DNA of 64,000 bases from Patescibacteria group bacterium (GCA_018830295.1 JAHJSM010000001.1:321980-385979), one strand, 5' to 3'; shown: positions 1 to 10,868, counted from the first letter of the stretch. Made by a program: numbers and translations. The notes: generated by a model not told the origin, from the letters alone.

Positions 1-889
1 TGTAGGCGGGGCTTTAATTAATTTTATTTTGGTCTTTCTTTTTACTCGCGAATTTATTCCCGTTTCCTTTCAGTTTGATTTTATTTTTTGGAAAAAAATA
101 CTAAAAGAATCTCTGCCCTTAGCCTTGGCGATTGTTTTTACTGTAATTTATTTTAAACTGGACACAATCATGCTTTCTTTAATGAAGTCGCCTGTTGATG
201 TCGGTATTTACAATCTTTCTTATAAACTTTTGGAAAGTTTGCTCTTTTTTCCGGCGATGTTTGTCGGGTTGATTATGCCCTTGATGTCCAGATACGCCAT
301 TTTTAAAAAAGATAAATTTAAAAAAATCACCCAAAAAACGCTTGATATCCTGCTAATTTTCATTTTTCCCATGATGGCGGGCATCTTTTTTCTTTCTTCT
401 AAAATAGTTGTTCTAATTGGCGGCGATGATTTTATTTTGTCTGGCGGCGTCTTAAATGTTTTAATTATCGCCGCAGGTGTAATTTTTTTGGGAGTTCTTT
501 TTTCCAATATAATTATTTCCTTAAAAAAACAAAAGGCGTTAACAGTTATTTATGGGTTCGGAGCAATTTTTAATTTGGCGGCCAACTTTATCTTTATCCC
601 TAAATATTCTTATTATGGGGCGGCGTGGACGACTGTTTTAACGGAATTAATTGTTACGGCGATGATGATTTTTATTGTTTATAAATCGTTAAATTATCTA
701 CATTCTTTCAAAATTATTTTTAAATGCGCGGCGGCCGTTCTAATCATGATTTTGCCGCTCTATTTTTTAAGCGATTGGCATTTGTTTATTTTGGCTCCTC
801 TCTCGGCCTTGATTTATTTCGTATGTCTTTGGCTTTTTAAAGGCGTCTCTTCGGAGGAAATAATGTTTTTAATCAAAAAAGATGCATAA
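1..889 (+). CDS. Polysaccharide flippase (Wzx/MurJ-like MOP family), 5' end outside window
   Basis: Highly hydrophobic multi-TM protein with 'YFKLDTIMLSLMK...VGIYNLSYK' and 'NFIFIPKYSYYGAAWTT' flippase C-terminal motifs; frame is open from the window start. Confidence 0.85.
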   Translation, partial: VGGALINFILVFLFTREFIPVSFQFDFIFWKKILKESLPLALAIVFTVIYFKLDTIMLSLMKSPVDVGIYNLSYKLLESLLFFPAMFVGLIMPLMSRYAIFKKDKFKKITQKTLDILLIFIFPMMAGIFFLSSKIVVLIGGDDFILSGGVLNVLIIAAGVIFLGVLFSNIIISLKKQKALTVIYGFGAIFNLAANFIFIPKYSYYGAAWTTVLTELIVTAMMIFIVYKSLNYLHSFKIIFKCAAAVLIMILPLYFLSDWHLFILAPLSALIYFVCLWLFKGVSSEEIMFLIKKDA

Positions 890-2156
890 TTGGTTTCTCT
901 TGCTAATCTTATACCTCCCCTTTCAGGTCGCCCTCAATCCGGCGCGCGGTTTTGATTTGTCTTCTTTGAGGGTTTTAATTGTTCTCTTTTTTCTTTTTTG
1001 GCTAGCGAAAAATTATAAAAAAATTTTTGAAACTATTCGCGAGGGAGTTTATCTTAAAAACATCCAAAGCGCGGGCTTAATTCTTTTTTTTGTCGCTGCT
1101 TTTCTGTCGCTAATTGGAGCGGAAAATGTTTTTTGGGGGTTGAGAAAAATTGTATTTTTTATGTCCGTCTTCCCGCTCTATTTTTTAACGCTTGCTTTGG
1201 TTAATAATTTAGAAAAAATTAAAAAAATAATTTTAATTTTAGTCGGAGGCGGCGCTGTTTTCGCGCTTGTCGGTTTGCTTCAGTTTCTATCTGTTTTCGT
1301 TTTTGGATTAGAAGGGGTCTATAATTTTTGGGCATGGAATGTTGTTCCAGTTTTTTCAGGGTTTAACTTTGGCGCGATGCTTTTATCTTACCCAAGCTGG
1401 CTGGTTAATGTGAACGGCGAGACCATTATGAGGGCATTTTCTTTATTTTCTGACCCTCATATGTTTTCTTTTTATGTAGGAATGCTTGCGCCACTGGCGG
1501 CGGTTTATTTTAATAGTTATATATTTTTCTTTTTAATGTTTGTTGGCTTACTTCTGTCTTTCGCGAGGGGCGCTTATTTGGCGATTATTGCGGCTTTTCT
1601 TTTTATGGGCGTTCTTTTTTGGTTTTTCGCTAAAAACAAAAAAGCGGCGGTCGCGCTTTGCTCGCTGATTTTGGTTTTTATTATTCCAATCACTCCAATT
1701 TCGGATAGATTTTATTCTTCCTTTGACGCAGATGAAGGTTCAAACTCTGGCAGGTTGGAAATGTGGCGACAATCAGGGCAAACGGGTCTTCAATATTTTT
1801 GGAGCGGGGTTGGATTGGGGAATTATTCTTCTGTTGTTGACTCGGGTTTTGGGTACAGAAATCCAATTACGGCGCACAATCTTTACTTAGACATCTTCTC
1901 GGAAATTGGGTTTCTGGGCTTGTTTTTTTGGCTTTTTTTACTCTTAGGAACTATTTGGCAGTTGTTTCAAAAGCTTAAAAAATCAGATAATACAAAAGAA
2001 AAGTACATTATTATCGGTCTGCTTGGTTCTCTTTCTTATTTTTTAGTCCATAGTTTTTTTGAAACGCCCGTCTATAACCCTTCGGTTTTATCTCTTTTAA
2101 TGGTCATTCTGGGAATTTCCAGCGCGATCATAATAGCGCCCAATAAACAACATTAA
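882..2156 (+). CDS. O-antigen ligase (Wzy_C) family protein
   Basis: Multi-TM protein with 'R...W...GVGLGN...AHNLYLDIFSEIG' Wzy_C motif. Confidence 0.85.
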   Translation: MHNWFLLLILYLPFQVALNPARGFDLSSLRVLIVLFFLFWLAKNYKKIFETIREGVYLKNIQSAGLILFFVAAFLSLIGAENVFWGLRKIVFFMSVFPLYFLTLALVNNLEKIKKIILILVGGGAVFALVGLLQFLSVFVFGLEGVYNFWAWNVVPVFSGFNFGAMLLSYPSWLVNVNGETIMRAFSLFSDPHMFSFYVGMLAPLAAVYFNSYIFFFLMFVGLLLSFARGAYLAIIAAFLFMGVLFWFFAKNKKAAVALCSLILVFIIPITPISDRFYSSFDADEGSNSGRLEMWRQSGQTGLQYFWSGVGLGNYSSVVDSGFGYRNPITAHNLYLDIFSEIGFLGLFFWLFLLLGTIWQLFQKLKKSDNTKEKYIIIGLLGSLSYFLVHSFFETPVYNPSVLSLLMVILGISSAIIIAPNKQH

Positions 2157-3341
2157 ATGTTAGTTTTATCTTTTCAAAAAATTATTAACTTTGGGATTTA
2201 CTTGGTTGTTTTTTTAATTCCAACATACATTTTTTCTTTCAAAATTTGGCTTATTCCGACTAATCTTTTAGAAGCTCTTGTTAGTGTTTTGTTCCTCGCT
2301 TGGTTTATTGGAAATTTTAACAAAATACCTGAAATATCGCGCAGTATGTTTAAAAGTTCATTTTTCCCGCCGATTTTACTTATCTTTTTAGGCGCGAGCA
2401 TCTCAACTATTTTTTCGGATGATATTATCACAAGCGCTGGGATATGGAAGAGTTGGTTTATTGTTCCTTTGCTGTTTTTTGTTGTCGTTTTAAACGCGAT
2501 TAAAAATGGGAAACAGGTTCAAAAAATTATTTCATCCCTGTTCTTTTCTGGTTTTTGGGTCTCTTTAATCGCTCTTTTTTATTTTTTCAGTCATAATCTG
2601 ACTTATGATGGCCGATTGAAAGCATTTTACGAATCCCCCAACCACTTGGCGATGTATTTATCGCCTATTTTGATTTTATCTCTTTATTTATATTTTGTTT
2701 TTGATAAAAAAATTATTAAATTTTTCTTGTTTGCCGCTCACTGTTCATTACTTGTTGTTTTGTATTTAACTTATTCTTATGGCGCGTGGATTGGACTGAT
2801 CGCTTCTTTGTTTTTTCTTTTAGCGACGATAAAAAAACAGAAAAAGATTTTTTATTTAATAGGGATTATGTTTCTGATTGTCGCTTCTTTTTTCGCTTTT
2901 CAAATTAATAGCCAAAAATTTCAGGGAATGATTGATTTTTCTTATCCCTCTTTGTCTTCTCGTTTCGTAATCTGGCAAAGCGCTTGGGAGATAATAAAAG
3001 ACCATCCCTTTAATGGGATTGGTCCCGGACTATTTCAAGAATATTATTTGAAATACCAAGTAACCCTTGAACCCTATCTTGAATGGGCCGTTCCTCAGCC
3101 CCACAACCTCTTTCTGGCGTTCTGGCTCCAAACAGGGTTACTCGGCCTGCTCGGATTTATTTGGCTCTTATTTAGGTTCTTTAGAATAAAAATAAACTCA
3201 TTAGCCATTATTTTAATGGCGACGATGATTTGTGTTCTAATTCACGGATTAGTTGACACAACTTACTGGAAAAATGACTTGGCGGTTGTTTTTTGGCTGA
3301 TTATAGCTCTAAACTACAAAGCAATCCGTCTCTCTTATTAA
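2157..3341 (+). CDS. O-antigen ligase (Wzy_C) family protein
   Basis: Multi-TM protein with 'RFVIWQ..GIGPG..PHNLFLAFWLQTG' motif. Confidence 0.85.
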   Translation: MLVLSFQKIINFGIYLVVFLIPTYIFSFKIWLIPTNLLEALVSVLFLAWFIGNFNKIPEISRSMFKSSFFPPILLIFLGASISTIFSDDIITSAGIWKSWFIVPLLFFVVVLNAIKNGKQVQKIISSLFFSGFWVSLIALFYFFSHNLTYDGRLKAFYESPNHLAMYLSPILILSLYLYFVFDKKIIKFFLFAAHCSLLVVLYLTYSYGAWIGLIASLFFLLATIKKQKKIFYLIGIMFLIVASFFAFQINSQKFQGMIDFSYPSLSSRFVIWQSAWEIIKDHPFNGIGPGLFQEYYLKYQVTLEPYLEWAVPQPHNLFLAFWLQTGLLGLLGFIWLLFRFFRIKINSLAIILMATMICVLIHGLVDTTYWKNDLAVVFWLIIALNYKAIRLSY

Positions 3342-4413
3342 TAAAGAAAAGATAATCTTCTTGCGGAGATAGAATTACCTTTTGAGCGTCATAACTATTT
3401 TCTAGATTGTCTTCTCCTTCAAAAATTTTAATTGCTTCTTCTGTGTCTGAATCAATTCTCCAAAAATCGTCAGAGAAAAGAATTTTGTTTTTGTAGTAAT
3501 CATCAGGCAAAACAGCTGAAGACGATATTTTTTTTGGAATGGCGCAAAAAATATTTCGGTTATCTTGGCTCCAAGCGCACTTTTCGGGCAATGAAATAAA
3601 ACTTAATTCTTTAATGGTTTGTTTATCCCAATCCATTATTTTTAATTTTAAGTTCTTGCCATCGCTGTTTGTCTCCGAAAAAAGTATTTTATTGCTATTG
3701 GGCGACCAAAGAACAGACATCCCGTATGCCTCGCCCAATATTTTTTCAATATTGTTGTTGGGCAAGTTAATCGCGTAAACAATGCTTTTAGCTAAGCCAC
3801 TGGGCCTGGTTCTAATTGAGATTTTGTTTCGACTCGGCCATTCTATAATTAGGTTTTTCATTCTCGTTGAAAAAACATTAACCCATTCGGAACCGTCGGG
3901 GTTGGATATGCTAATATTATTATCTTCGTTTTGGGAGTTATAGTATTGGTAAGCGATTTTATCCTCATCGGGTGACCAGGCAATCCAGCGGACTTGCGTC
4001 GCAAGAGGAGTGGTTATCTTTGTGGAGTAGTCGTAAAGATATTTTTTTGGCAATCCTCTTTCATCAAAAATGGCGATTACTTTATCTTTACTTGGCGACC
4101 AAAGAATTTCCAAAAGGTCCGTCAGAATATTTGACGAAACGCGCGTTTGATTTGAGCCGTCAAAATCGGATTCAAAAACATTGCCATTATTGGATGAATA
4201 ATATTTAATTTTTTGTCCGTCAACAGCCGCTCCCATTGCTGGTTCTTGAGAGATGGTCTTTATTTTATCGCTCCAATAGGACTGCGTTGCTTGTTCTGCT
4301 GCTCCATCAGATGGCTCCATTTCTTCTTTGAAGAAATAATTATAAATAAGCAAAAGAGTTGCCGACAAAACGAGCAAAACAATTAAAACTACGAGTATTT
4401 TTTTGAGAGGCAT
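3301..4413 (-). CDS. Membrane-anchored beta-propeller (TolB/WD40-like) protein of the T4SS-like locus
   Basis: N-terminal TM followed by repeated 'WSP' blade motifs. Confidence 0.65.
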   Translation of the reverse strand: MPLKKILVVLIVLLVLSATLLLIYNYFFKEEMEPSDGAAEQATQSYWSDKIKTISQEPAMGAAVDGQKIKYYSSNNGNVFESDFDGSNQTRVSSNILTDLLEILWSPSKDKVIAIFDERGLPKKYLYDYSTKITTPLATQVRWIAWSPDEDKIAYQYYNSQNEDNNISISNPDGSEWVNVFSTRMKNLIIEWPSRNKISIRTRPSGLAKSIVYAINLPNNNIEKILGEAYGMSVLWSPNSNKILFSETNSDGKNLKLKIMDWDKQTIKELSFISLPEKCAWSQDNRNIFCAIPKKISSSAVLPDDYYKNKILFSDDFWRIDSDTEEAIKIFEGEDNLENSYDAQKVILSPQEDYLFFINKRDGLLCSLEL

Positions 4414-4423
4414 AATTTTGTGA

Positions 4424-4789
4424 TTATAGTGTTATTGACCAATTGACTAAATTTGGATTGATTTTGCTTAAAATTAAATAAGCGGCGAGAATTAAAACTA
4501 ATCCAGAAAGCGCTCCCCAAATGTATTCTTTGGATTTCTCTTTTGTTGTCACGACATCAGAAAGCATATAGGAAAAACCTCCAATAACCAGCCCGCCCAA
4601 AGCGGCGACAATGACAAAACCTATTCCAAATGTGTAAAGATATCCGATATATTCAGGAAATGTGACTTCCTTGCCAGAGACCACATTAGGCAAAGCAATT
4701 TCTATTTTGTAGCCAGCTGAAGCGAAATCGGCGGCAAACAACAAGTAATAAGTGATGACAAATAAAATTTTATAAAGATTTTTTTTCAT
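4424..4789 (-). CDS. TrbC/VirB2-like pilin
   Basis: Signal peptide, two TM helices, 'GG..YM.S..K..IW.A..GL.L.L.AYLIL..INP' motif typical of CPR VirB2-like pilins. Confidence 0.7.
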   Translation of the reverse strand: MKKNLYKILFVITYYLLFAADFASAGYKIEIALPNVVSGKEVTFPEYIGYLYTFGIGFVIVAALGGLVIGGFSYMLSDVVTTKEKSKEYIWGALSGLVLILAAYLILSKINPNLVNWSITL

Positions 4790-5511
4790 GGTTTAAAATT
4801 TATTTCCGCGGTTAGGCGGGCTTTTTGAAGCGGATTGTTTTTGTTTTCCGCTTTGACGACTAAATTTCTCGTAAAAGAATTCACCAATTGTCCAATTTCA
4901 AGAGTAAGAATGTCAGGACTTTTCTCGTCTGTCAGAACGGCTTTTTCTTCGCCAAGTTCCCATTGGTAATTTAATTCCTCAATATTTTTAATGTTAAAAA
5001 AATATGGCTGAACGGAAAAAACAATTTTTTTATTAGAAGAGACCTGGTATTTTGGCGTAATTCCAAAATATCCGTTAAAAAGAGAGTTTGTTTTTAGAAT
5101 AATTTCTGGCTCTTGCGGTTTAATCACTAAATAATAAGGTTGTCCTATAGTCGCTCCTTCTTGGTTTTTAATTTCTAATTTAATAGATTTTTTAGCGGAA
5201 CTTCCTCCCATATTAAACCTAAAAATTTGTTTTCCCTCTCCTGAATTTTCGTTTTGAATACGGTCATCCAAAAACCAATTATAAACTAATTCTTGGGGAT
5301 TAACTTCTTGAGAAAAAATATTAGCGACTACCTCCACGGAGCTTTCTCTGTCAGGAAGGGCTTTCCCTGTATAAGTGGGGTGAGTATATGTATTGGTTGA
5401 CCAAGTAAGAACAACTTCTATATCTGAAGACTGTCCTTGAATTAAAGCAATAGGCAAAAGAAAAAAGACAAGAACTAATAAAAAATATAAATTTTTTTTA
5501 AAAATAATCAT
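4786..5511 (-). CDS. Secreted Ig-like/PKD-like hypothetical protein
   Basis: Signal peptide; two 'Y.W' beta-sandwich-like units. Confidence 0.55.
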   Translation of the reverse strand: MIIFKKNLYFLLVLVFFLLPIALIQGQSSDIEVVLTWSTNTYTHPTYTGKALPDRESSVEVVANIFSQEVNPQELVYNWFLDDRIQNENSGEGKQIFRFNMGGSSAKKSIKLEIKNQEGATIGQPYYLVIKPQEPEIILKTNSLFNGYFGITPKYQVSSNKKIVFSVQPYFFNIKNIEELNYQWELGEEKAVLTDEKSPDILTLEIGQLVNSFTRNLVVKAENKNNPLQKARLTAEINFKP

Positions 5512-5804
5512 TTTTTTTGTTCAAAATACATACTTACCACAAAAATAGTCCAAGTTGGGGAAATATCGCCCACGATAGGAATAAGTTCAATTAGGAATGT
5601 TCCGCTAAATTTTCCGGCAGGAAACTTATGAAGGCGAAAATAGCACCAAAAACCAAGGATAAAAGCGGTCATCGTGTCAATCATTCTAAAAAAGAGCAAG
5701 TCCAATCCAAACCAATCGCAAAAATCATTCGCGAAAGCGATTAAGCCGATAATCGCGAACTCGGCGTCAGTAATGTTGCTAGAGGGCGCTTTTATTTTTT
5801 TCAT
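5508..5804 (-). CDS. Small membrane protein of the T4SS-like locus
   Basis: Hydrophobic with 'ELIP..GD..P.WT' motif; overlaps its neighbours, suggesting translational coupling. Confidence 0.6.
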   Translation of the reverse strand: MKKIKAPSSNITDAEFAIIGLIAFANDFCDWFGLDLLFFRMIDTMTAFILGFWCYFRLHKFPAGKFSGTFLIELIPIVGDISPTWTIFVVSMYFEQKK

Positions 5805-7605
5805 TTTCTTTTTCTCTTTCTTCTTCTTCTCTTGCTAATTCTTCTTTTGCTTTTTCGATTTCCAATAATTGCGCTGGGTCGGATGTGATAATTTGGTCTT
5901 CTGTGTAAGAAGCGACTATTTGGATTGCGACATGTTTTGCTCCAACAAAGAAAATCCCCTCCCCGACAGCGCTTTCCAAAAGCATATATTTTTCTTGATT
6001 AGTTAAATTGAATGTTTCTTTAATAAGGTCTATTGAGGCGGGCGATTGTTTTAATAAAAGTTGGATAGATGAGTTCGTGACGATCGGCTTGCCATATTTG
6101 GATTGTATAAAATCGGCTACATCTTGTGTGATTGTGGTTAGTCCGAGATAATATTTGCGGCATCGCTTGGCAATTCCATAGAGAAAAGAAGCAGCGTCTT
6201 CGTGTTGCATCATCACCCACGCTTCGTCAACAACCATCATCCTCTTCTTTCTTTTTGTGCGGATAATGTTCCAAATATATCGCAAAATAATATACATTGC
6301 CAAAGGTCTTAATTCTTCTTCCATATCTCTAATACTAAAAACAACCAATTCTTTGTCTAATCTAACATTGGTTGGTTGATTAAAAAATCCCGCGTAACTT
6401 CCACTGACAAATTTTTCTAAGCGAACGACTAAACTTTCAGCTCCGGTCATTCCCTTTAAGATAGCTTGAAAATCTTGCATGAGCGGAGGAGCAATCGCGC
6501 TAAAATCGGAATCTACTGTAATATCTCTGGCGGCGTATGTCTCAGTCAACGCCTTATCTACAATCGCATCCTCTTCCGGTGTCAGTCCACCGAGCATAAT
6601 TCTTATTAATCCAACCAAACTAATAATATTATTTCTTAAAATATCAGATGGCTTTTCGTCTGGTCCCGGAACGGGCAGGTCAAATGGATTAAGATAATGC
6701 CTAGAAGAAAGAGAAATATTAATAAATGTTCCATCAACCGTTTCAGCCAAATATTTATACTCTTTTTCCGGGTCAACAACAATAACATCGGTTTCTTGCA
6801 TTAACGAACGCAATATCTCCAACTTTACGGAATAGCTTTTGCCAGATCCGCTTTTTGCGAATACGACCATATTCGCGTTTTCTAAACTGAAGCGGTCAAA
6901 CAAGATTAAGGAATTGTTATGGCGGTTGATGCCGTAAAGAATTCCTTTACTATCGCTTAAATCAGATGAAACAAAGGGAAATGTGGAAGAAAGAGGGCTG
7001 GTGTTAAAGTTATTATGGACAAGCAATTTGTCTTCTTGTAGAGGAAGCGTTGAAACAAATCCTTGTTCTTGCTGAAAAACGGCTGGTTTGGCGTGGACCA
7101 TCTGATTTTCCAAAAGCGCTCGGATTTTATTTTCAGCGCTATCAAGGTCTTTTGGAGAGTCGGCAAAGAAAGTGATATAAATCCCTAACTTAAATAAGCG
7201 TTCGTTCCCTTCTTGAAGTTTATCTCTAATATTTTCAACATTTCTTAGCGCTGACTCTAAAGCGGGATCGCGAACCTTCCCCTTTCCTTGCTGGAATGAT
7301 ATTTGAGATTGAATTTGCGCTGTTTTTTTTGTTAATTGTTTTAAGACGGCGCTTGTCTCAACTGGATGGATAAAGAGAGCGATGTTCATCTCTTGGTCAA
7401 GCGTGATGACAGGAGATAGCCAATTAGACACTATCGTTTGAGGGAAAGAGAAAACAAAAATTGTTCGCGCGTATTTTTCGCCGATTTGTAAATAATTAGA
7501 GTCAATCATCATTCCCGCAGGAGCGATTAAATCAATCGTTTCAGTCGGTTCTCCTGGGAGCAAGTCCTCCGATTTTGTTTCTTTTGTTTTTTTGAATAGG
7601 TTCAT
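5779..7605 (-). CDS. virB4: VirB4-like type IV secretion ATPase
   Basis: Walker A-like AKSGSGKS, 'VVDPEKEY', Walker B 'VVDEAW', 'RKY...TTITQ'; preceded by a PrgI-family gene. Confidence 0.85.
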   Translation of the reverse strand: MNLFKKTKETKSEDLLPGEPTETIDLIAPAGMMIDSNYLQIGEKYARTIFVFSFPQTIVSNWLSPVITLDQEMNIALFIHPVETSAVLKQLTKKTAQIQSQISFQQGKGKVRDPALESALRNVENIRDKLQEGNERLFKLGIYITFFADSPKDLDSAENKIRALLENQMVHAKPAVFQQEQGFVSTLPLQEDKLLVHNNFNTSPLSSTFPFVSSDLSDSKGILYGINRHNNSLILFDRFSLENANMVVFAKSGSGKSYSVKLEILRSLMQETDVIVVDPEKEYKYLAETVDGTFINISLSSRHYLNPFDLPVPGPDEKPSDILRNNIISLVGLIRIMLGGLTPEEDAIVDKALTETYAARDITVDSDFSAIAPPLMQDFQAILKGMTGAESLVVRLEKFVSGSYAGFFNQPTNVRLDKELVVFSIRDMEEELRPLAMYIILRYIWNIIRTKRKKRMMVVDEAWVMMQHEDAASFLYGIAKRCRKYYLGLTTITQDVADFIQSKYGKPIVTNSSIQLLLKQSPASIDLIKETFNLTNQEKYMLLESAVGEGIFFVGAKHVAIQIVASYTEDQIITSDPAQLLEIEKAKEELAREEEEREKENEKNKSAL

Positions 7606-8249
7606 TGGTTTCTCATATCTTTAGATTTTTTAATTTCAGCGTCTTCTTTGGCGCTGGGGTTATACAGTTTATAAAAAAGTTCAATTAATTCGTCGGTTTT
7701 TAAGGGAATCGCTTTAACTCCCGCGCCGCGCAGACCAGAGACAACAAACTCTACTCTTTGCCAAAGGTCGTTTTTAATTTCTTGAAATTTTTGCTCTTTA
7801 GCGGAATGGTTTTGTTTACTTGAAAAAACATCAAAAAAGCTGGATTTTTTGACAATAGAAGGGCTATACGGAACAACCACATAAAACGATTCAGTCATAA
7901 TATTGGTTAATTCGGTCAAGCCCTTAACAAAATCAATGTATTCGTAAGATTGCATTTTTAAAAGTTGATTTTCTTGCTTTATTTGTTTTTGTTCCAAACT
8001 TTCAAGATATGGTTTAATGTTAAATCTTCGCGAAGCGGCGACAATTTGGATTGAGAAATCAAGCGAGTTAAGAAAGTTTTGGTATTGAAAAATAATCGCG
8101 TCCTGTTCGTCAACAGACCTTAAAGCGAAATTTAAACTTGTTGTCATTAAAACAGCGCGCATCCCGCCATTTTTAAGAAAAATAACATCATCTCTAATTT
8201 CTTTAATCTCTATATGTTTTTGAATAGAAGCGGCGTTTATTTTTTCCAT
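7602..8249 (-). CDS. TraC-like protein, VirB4 partner
   Basis: 'EIRDDVIFLKNG.R.VL...NFAL.S.EQ.AII..YQ.FLNSL.F' motif typically found between prgI and virB4 in CPR. Confidence 0.7.
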   Translation of the reverse strand: MEKINAASIQKHIEIKEIRDDVIFLKNGGMRAVLMTTSLNFALRSVDEQDAIIFQYQNFLNSLDFSIQIVAASRRFNIKPYLESLEQKQIKQENQLLKMQSYEYIDFVKGLTELTNIMTESFYVVVPYSPSIVKKSSFFDVFSSKQNHSAKEQKFQEIKNDLWQRVEFVVSGLRGAGVKAIPLKTDELIELFYKLYNPSAKEDAEIKKSKDMRNQ

Positions 8250-8512
8250 AAATATAATTTTGGTTTGACTGAATAAGTAATGAATGAATTCAGAAAATTA
8301 ACAAAAGGTCGTCCATTTACTTTGTAAAAAGCGAGAGACAACGCGAGAGCAATAACCGGAGCGGCAACAATAATAAACGCTCCCAAAGTTAAAACACTCC
8401 AAAGAAAAGCGACTGCCATTGCCCCTCCTCCCAAATATAAAAATTGCTTCAATGTCAGAGGGCCTATGATTTTATCTTCAATGTCAATTAATTGTGGAAC
8501 TTGAAATTGCAT
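8237..8512 (-). CDS. PrgI family (VirB3-like) membrane protein
   Basis: 'QFQVPQ.IDIEDKIIGPLTLKQF' signature and two TM helices. Confidence 0.85.
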   Translation of the reverse strand: MQFQVPQLIDIEDKIIGPLTLKQFLYLGGGAMAVAFLWSVLTLGAFIIVAAPVIALALSLAFYKVNGRPFVNFLNSFITYSVKPKLYLWKK

Positions 8513-8515
8513 GAA

Positions 8516-8974
8516 TTATGAATTATGGGTTGCTTTTAAATTAACAATATTGCCTTCTAGCTTGGGTTCTATTGTTCTATTTGGCGCGTTTTGCTCCTCT
8601 TCTCTTGGCCATCGCGCGATATTATGAATTTTTTTAAGTTCTTCTTTAACGGGCAGAAAGACCGATTGATTAACATCGCGCGCGACTTGGCGAGCTGTTT
8701 CTTCATTTAATCCGCATTTGTCACGAATTTCTTTTACAAATTCAGTAATATTTGTCTCGCCCAAAAGAACCATCCCGACAATGTAAGAAAAGTCCCAAAG
8801 TTGGTTTTTGCTTAATTTGTTTTTTTCAGCCACCGCTCTTATTTTATCAGCTGTTTCCACAGAGGGAATTGTTTCTCTTAATTTTTGCGGAAGTTGAAGA
8901 AATTTTAAGTACCTTTTTTTTAATAAAGGATCTGGAATATCTTTTAACGCTTCCATTTGCGTTTGGTTAAGCAT
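8516..8974 (-). CDS. Hypothetical protein, T4SS-like locus
   Basis: Co-oriented 152-aa ORF with tight spacing in the operon. Confidence 0.6.
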   Translation of the reverse strand: MLNQTQMEALKDIPDPLLKKRYLKFLQLPQKLRETIPSVETADKIRAVAEKNKLSKNQLWDFSYIVGMVLLGETNITEFVKEIRDKCGLNEETARQVARDVNQSVFLPVKEELKKIHNIARWPREEEQNAPNRTIEPKLEGNIVNLKATHNS

Positions 8975-8984
8975 AAGTTAAAAA

Positions 8985-10868
8985 TTAAACTATCCCCAGC
9001 GCCTTTCCCGCGCTGCTTTCAACATAATTAGCTGTATCAGGCCTATCTTCTTTAAGTTTTTTCTTTTTTGCTTCATCTTGATATATTGGCTTGATGGCCT
9101 TTTCTGTAATATGGTTGGATAACGCAGGGTTGCTTTCATGTAATTTGGATAGCGTTGAGGGATTCATTTTTCCACCTTTTTCAGTTATGGATTTTTTAAT
9201 AAATCCTTGAACCGCCGCTTGACCGGAATTGGGACTTTCTCCGCCAAGCGATTCAGATTGTATCTTTGACAGTCCATCCTTTGTGAAAGAAATATATTTT
9301 TCAAGCGCCGCTTTTGCCGCTTCGTCTTTTTTCCCTAAAGGAGCGGCGTTAAATGCCATAGAAGCCGCGATATCCGGCCTGGCCGACAAAAGATCTCCTT
9401 CTTGTCCGTGTCTTTGGGCGATTTTAATCGCTTTTTGAATCTCTTCGTGGGTATAGCCCGTCTTTTCGTTTTCCTTAAACGCTTTTTTCTCGGCTAAAAT
9501 TTGAGCGATAGCCACTTTCGCTCTCCCGTCAACCGCCATGCTTGTCCGTTGAAGGTTGTCGGTGGTATAACTCTTGTATTTTTCTTTTTCTTTTCCTGTT
9601 GCCGCTCTTTCTATTTCTGAAAGAGAACGGAGTCCTCTGCCACCTTGCTTCATTAATGTCTTGGCTCCAGTTAATTTGCCCGTCCATCCCATTCGTTCGG
9701 CCGCGGCGCTCAACTTTTCTCCAGCCCAGCCAGATGGTATCGCGCCCGCTCTTAACGCTTTTCTCTTTCCCCAATCACCAGCTCCTTTTCCTGCGTTTTG
9801 CGCCATTTTTATTACTCCAGCGGCGCCATAAATGCTCAATTTTTGCGCGACGATAATTCCTCCAAAAAGAAATCCAGTGGCGGCTAAATATTGCATCAAC
9901 ACATTTGGTGAAGACATAAGACCATTCCAAAAAGTTTCTTTCCATCCTGTCGCCTCAACAATGCTTGCCATTTCATCATTAATAATATTAGAAAGCGAGT
10001 CGCTATTAGTCGCTTCAACCGCTAAATAGATAAAAAAGGCGTAAATAGGGGCGAAAAAAGACCATTTAAAAAAATTACTCCACCATTTTCTAAAAAGATC
10101 TTCTGTTGCGGGCAAAACCCACATAGCCCAAGCCATGGGCGCTAAAATTAACAAAATCCAAAGCGTAATCATTCTAACTATTAAAAAGAAAGCGCCTATG
10201 CCGACCGCGATTGAAGCAAGAAATAAAAAAACTACAGAGGCAAGCTGGGTAAAAATCAACATCAAAACCCCAGCTGCGCCGGCTGCTAATTTTTCTCCAG
10301 CATCGGCATTTTCATTTATAGACAAAGCGCTTGATACTTTCATAAGTTTTGCCAATTGCTCCGTAAAGCCCATTTCAGAAGTTACTTCCTCGTAAAAAAA
10401 ATGAGTTGCGACTTGAGTAAAATCAATAATTACGCCACCAATAACTAAACTAAAATTAATCAAAAGGGCGGCGATAATAAGTTTTGGCAGTAATTTTTTT
10501 ACATCATACGACTCTATTTTTAAGGCGGTCGCTCCAGCAATAATGATGAGTCCTATGACAAAAAGCATATTTGCCACATCGCGCGTAATTCCCCATCCTG
10601 TTTTCACAATACTAATATTTGTAAACTTTTCTAATCCAAAAGCCATTTCCAAAAGCATTGACGCGAGATAAAAAATGATGGAAAAAATAGAGGTAAATAC
10701 AACGCCAATCGCGCTGATAACGCCTGAAACAACTCCAAAAAAAGCATTTTCCGCCCAACTTGCCCTCGCCTCCCCCGCGCTAAAAACAAAAATACCAAAA
10801 GCGCTCACCGCCAAAATGAGCGACAAACTCGCGATAATTTTTTTGTGTTTTAGAAAGAAGTTAGACAT
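8985..10868 (-). CDS. VirB6/TrbL-like membrane protein
   Basis: Multi-TM N-terminal part ('GW.ITRDVANM.F..L', 'R.I.LW.L.ILAP..W...W...F') plus Gly/Ala/Lys-rich soluble tail. Confidence 0.75.
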   Translation of the reverse strand: MSNFFLKHKKIIASLSLILAVSAFGIFVFSAGEARASWAENAFFGVVSGVISAIGVVFTSIFSIIFYLASMLLEMAFGLEKFTNISIVKTGWGITRDVANMLFVIGLIIIAGATALKIESYDVKKLLPKLIIAALLINFSLVIGGVIIDFTQVATHFFYEEVTSEMGFTEQLAKLMKVSSALSINENADAGEKLAAGAAGVLMLIFTQLASVVFLFLASIAVGIGAFFLIVRMITLWILLILAPMAWAMWVLPATEDLFRKWWSNFFKWSFFAPIYAFFIYLAVEATNSDSLSNIINDEMASIVEATGWKETFWNGLMSSPNVLMQYLAATGFLFGGIIVAQKLSIYGAAGVIKMAQNAGKGAGDWGKRKALRAGAIPSGWAGEKLSAAAERMGWTGKLTGAKTLMKQGGRGLRSLSEIERAATGKEKEKYKSYTTDNLQRTSMAVDGRAKVAIAQILAEKKAFKENEKTGYTHEEIQKAIKIAQRHGQEGDLLSARPDIAASMAFNAAPLGKKDEAAKAALEKYISFTKDGLSKIQSESLGGESPNSGQAAVQGFIKKSITEKGGKMNPSTLSKLHESNPALSNHITEKAIKPIYQDEAKKKKLKEDRPDTANYVESSAGKALGIV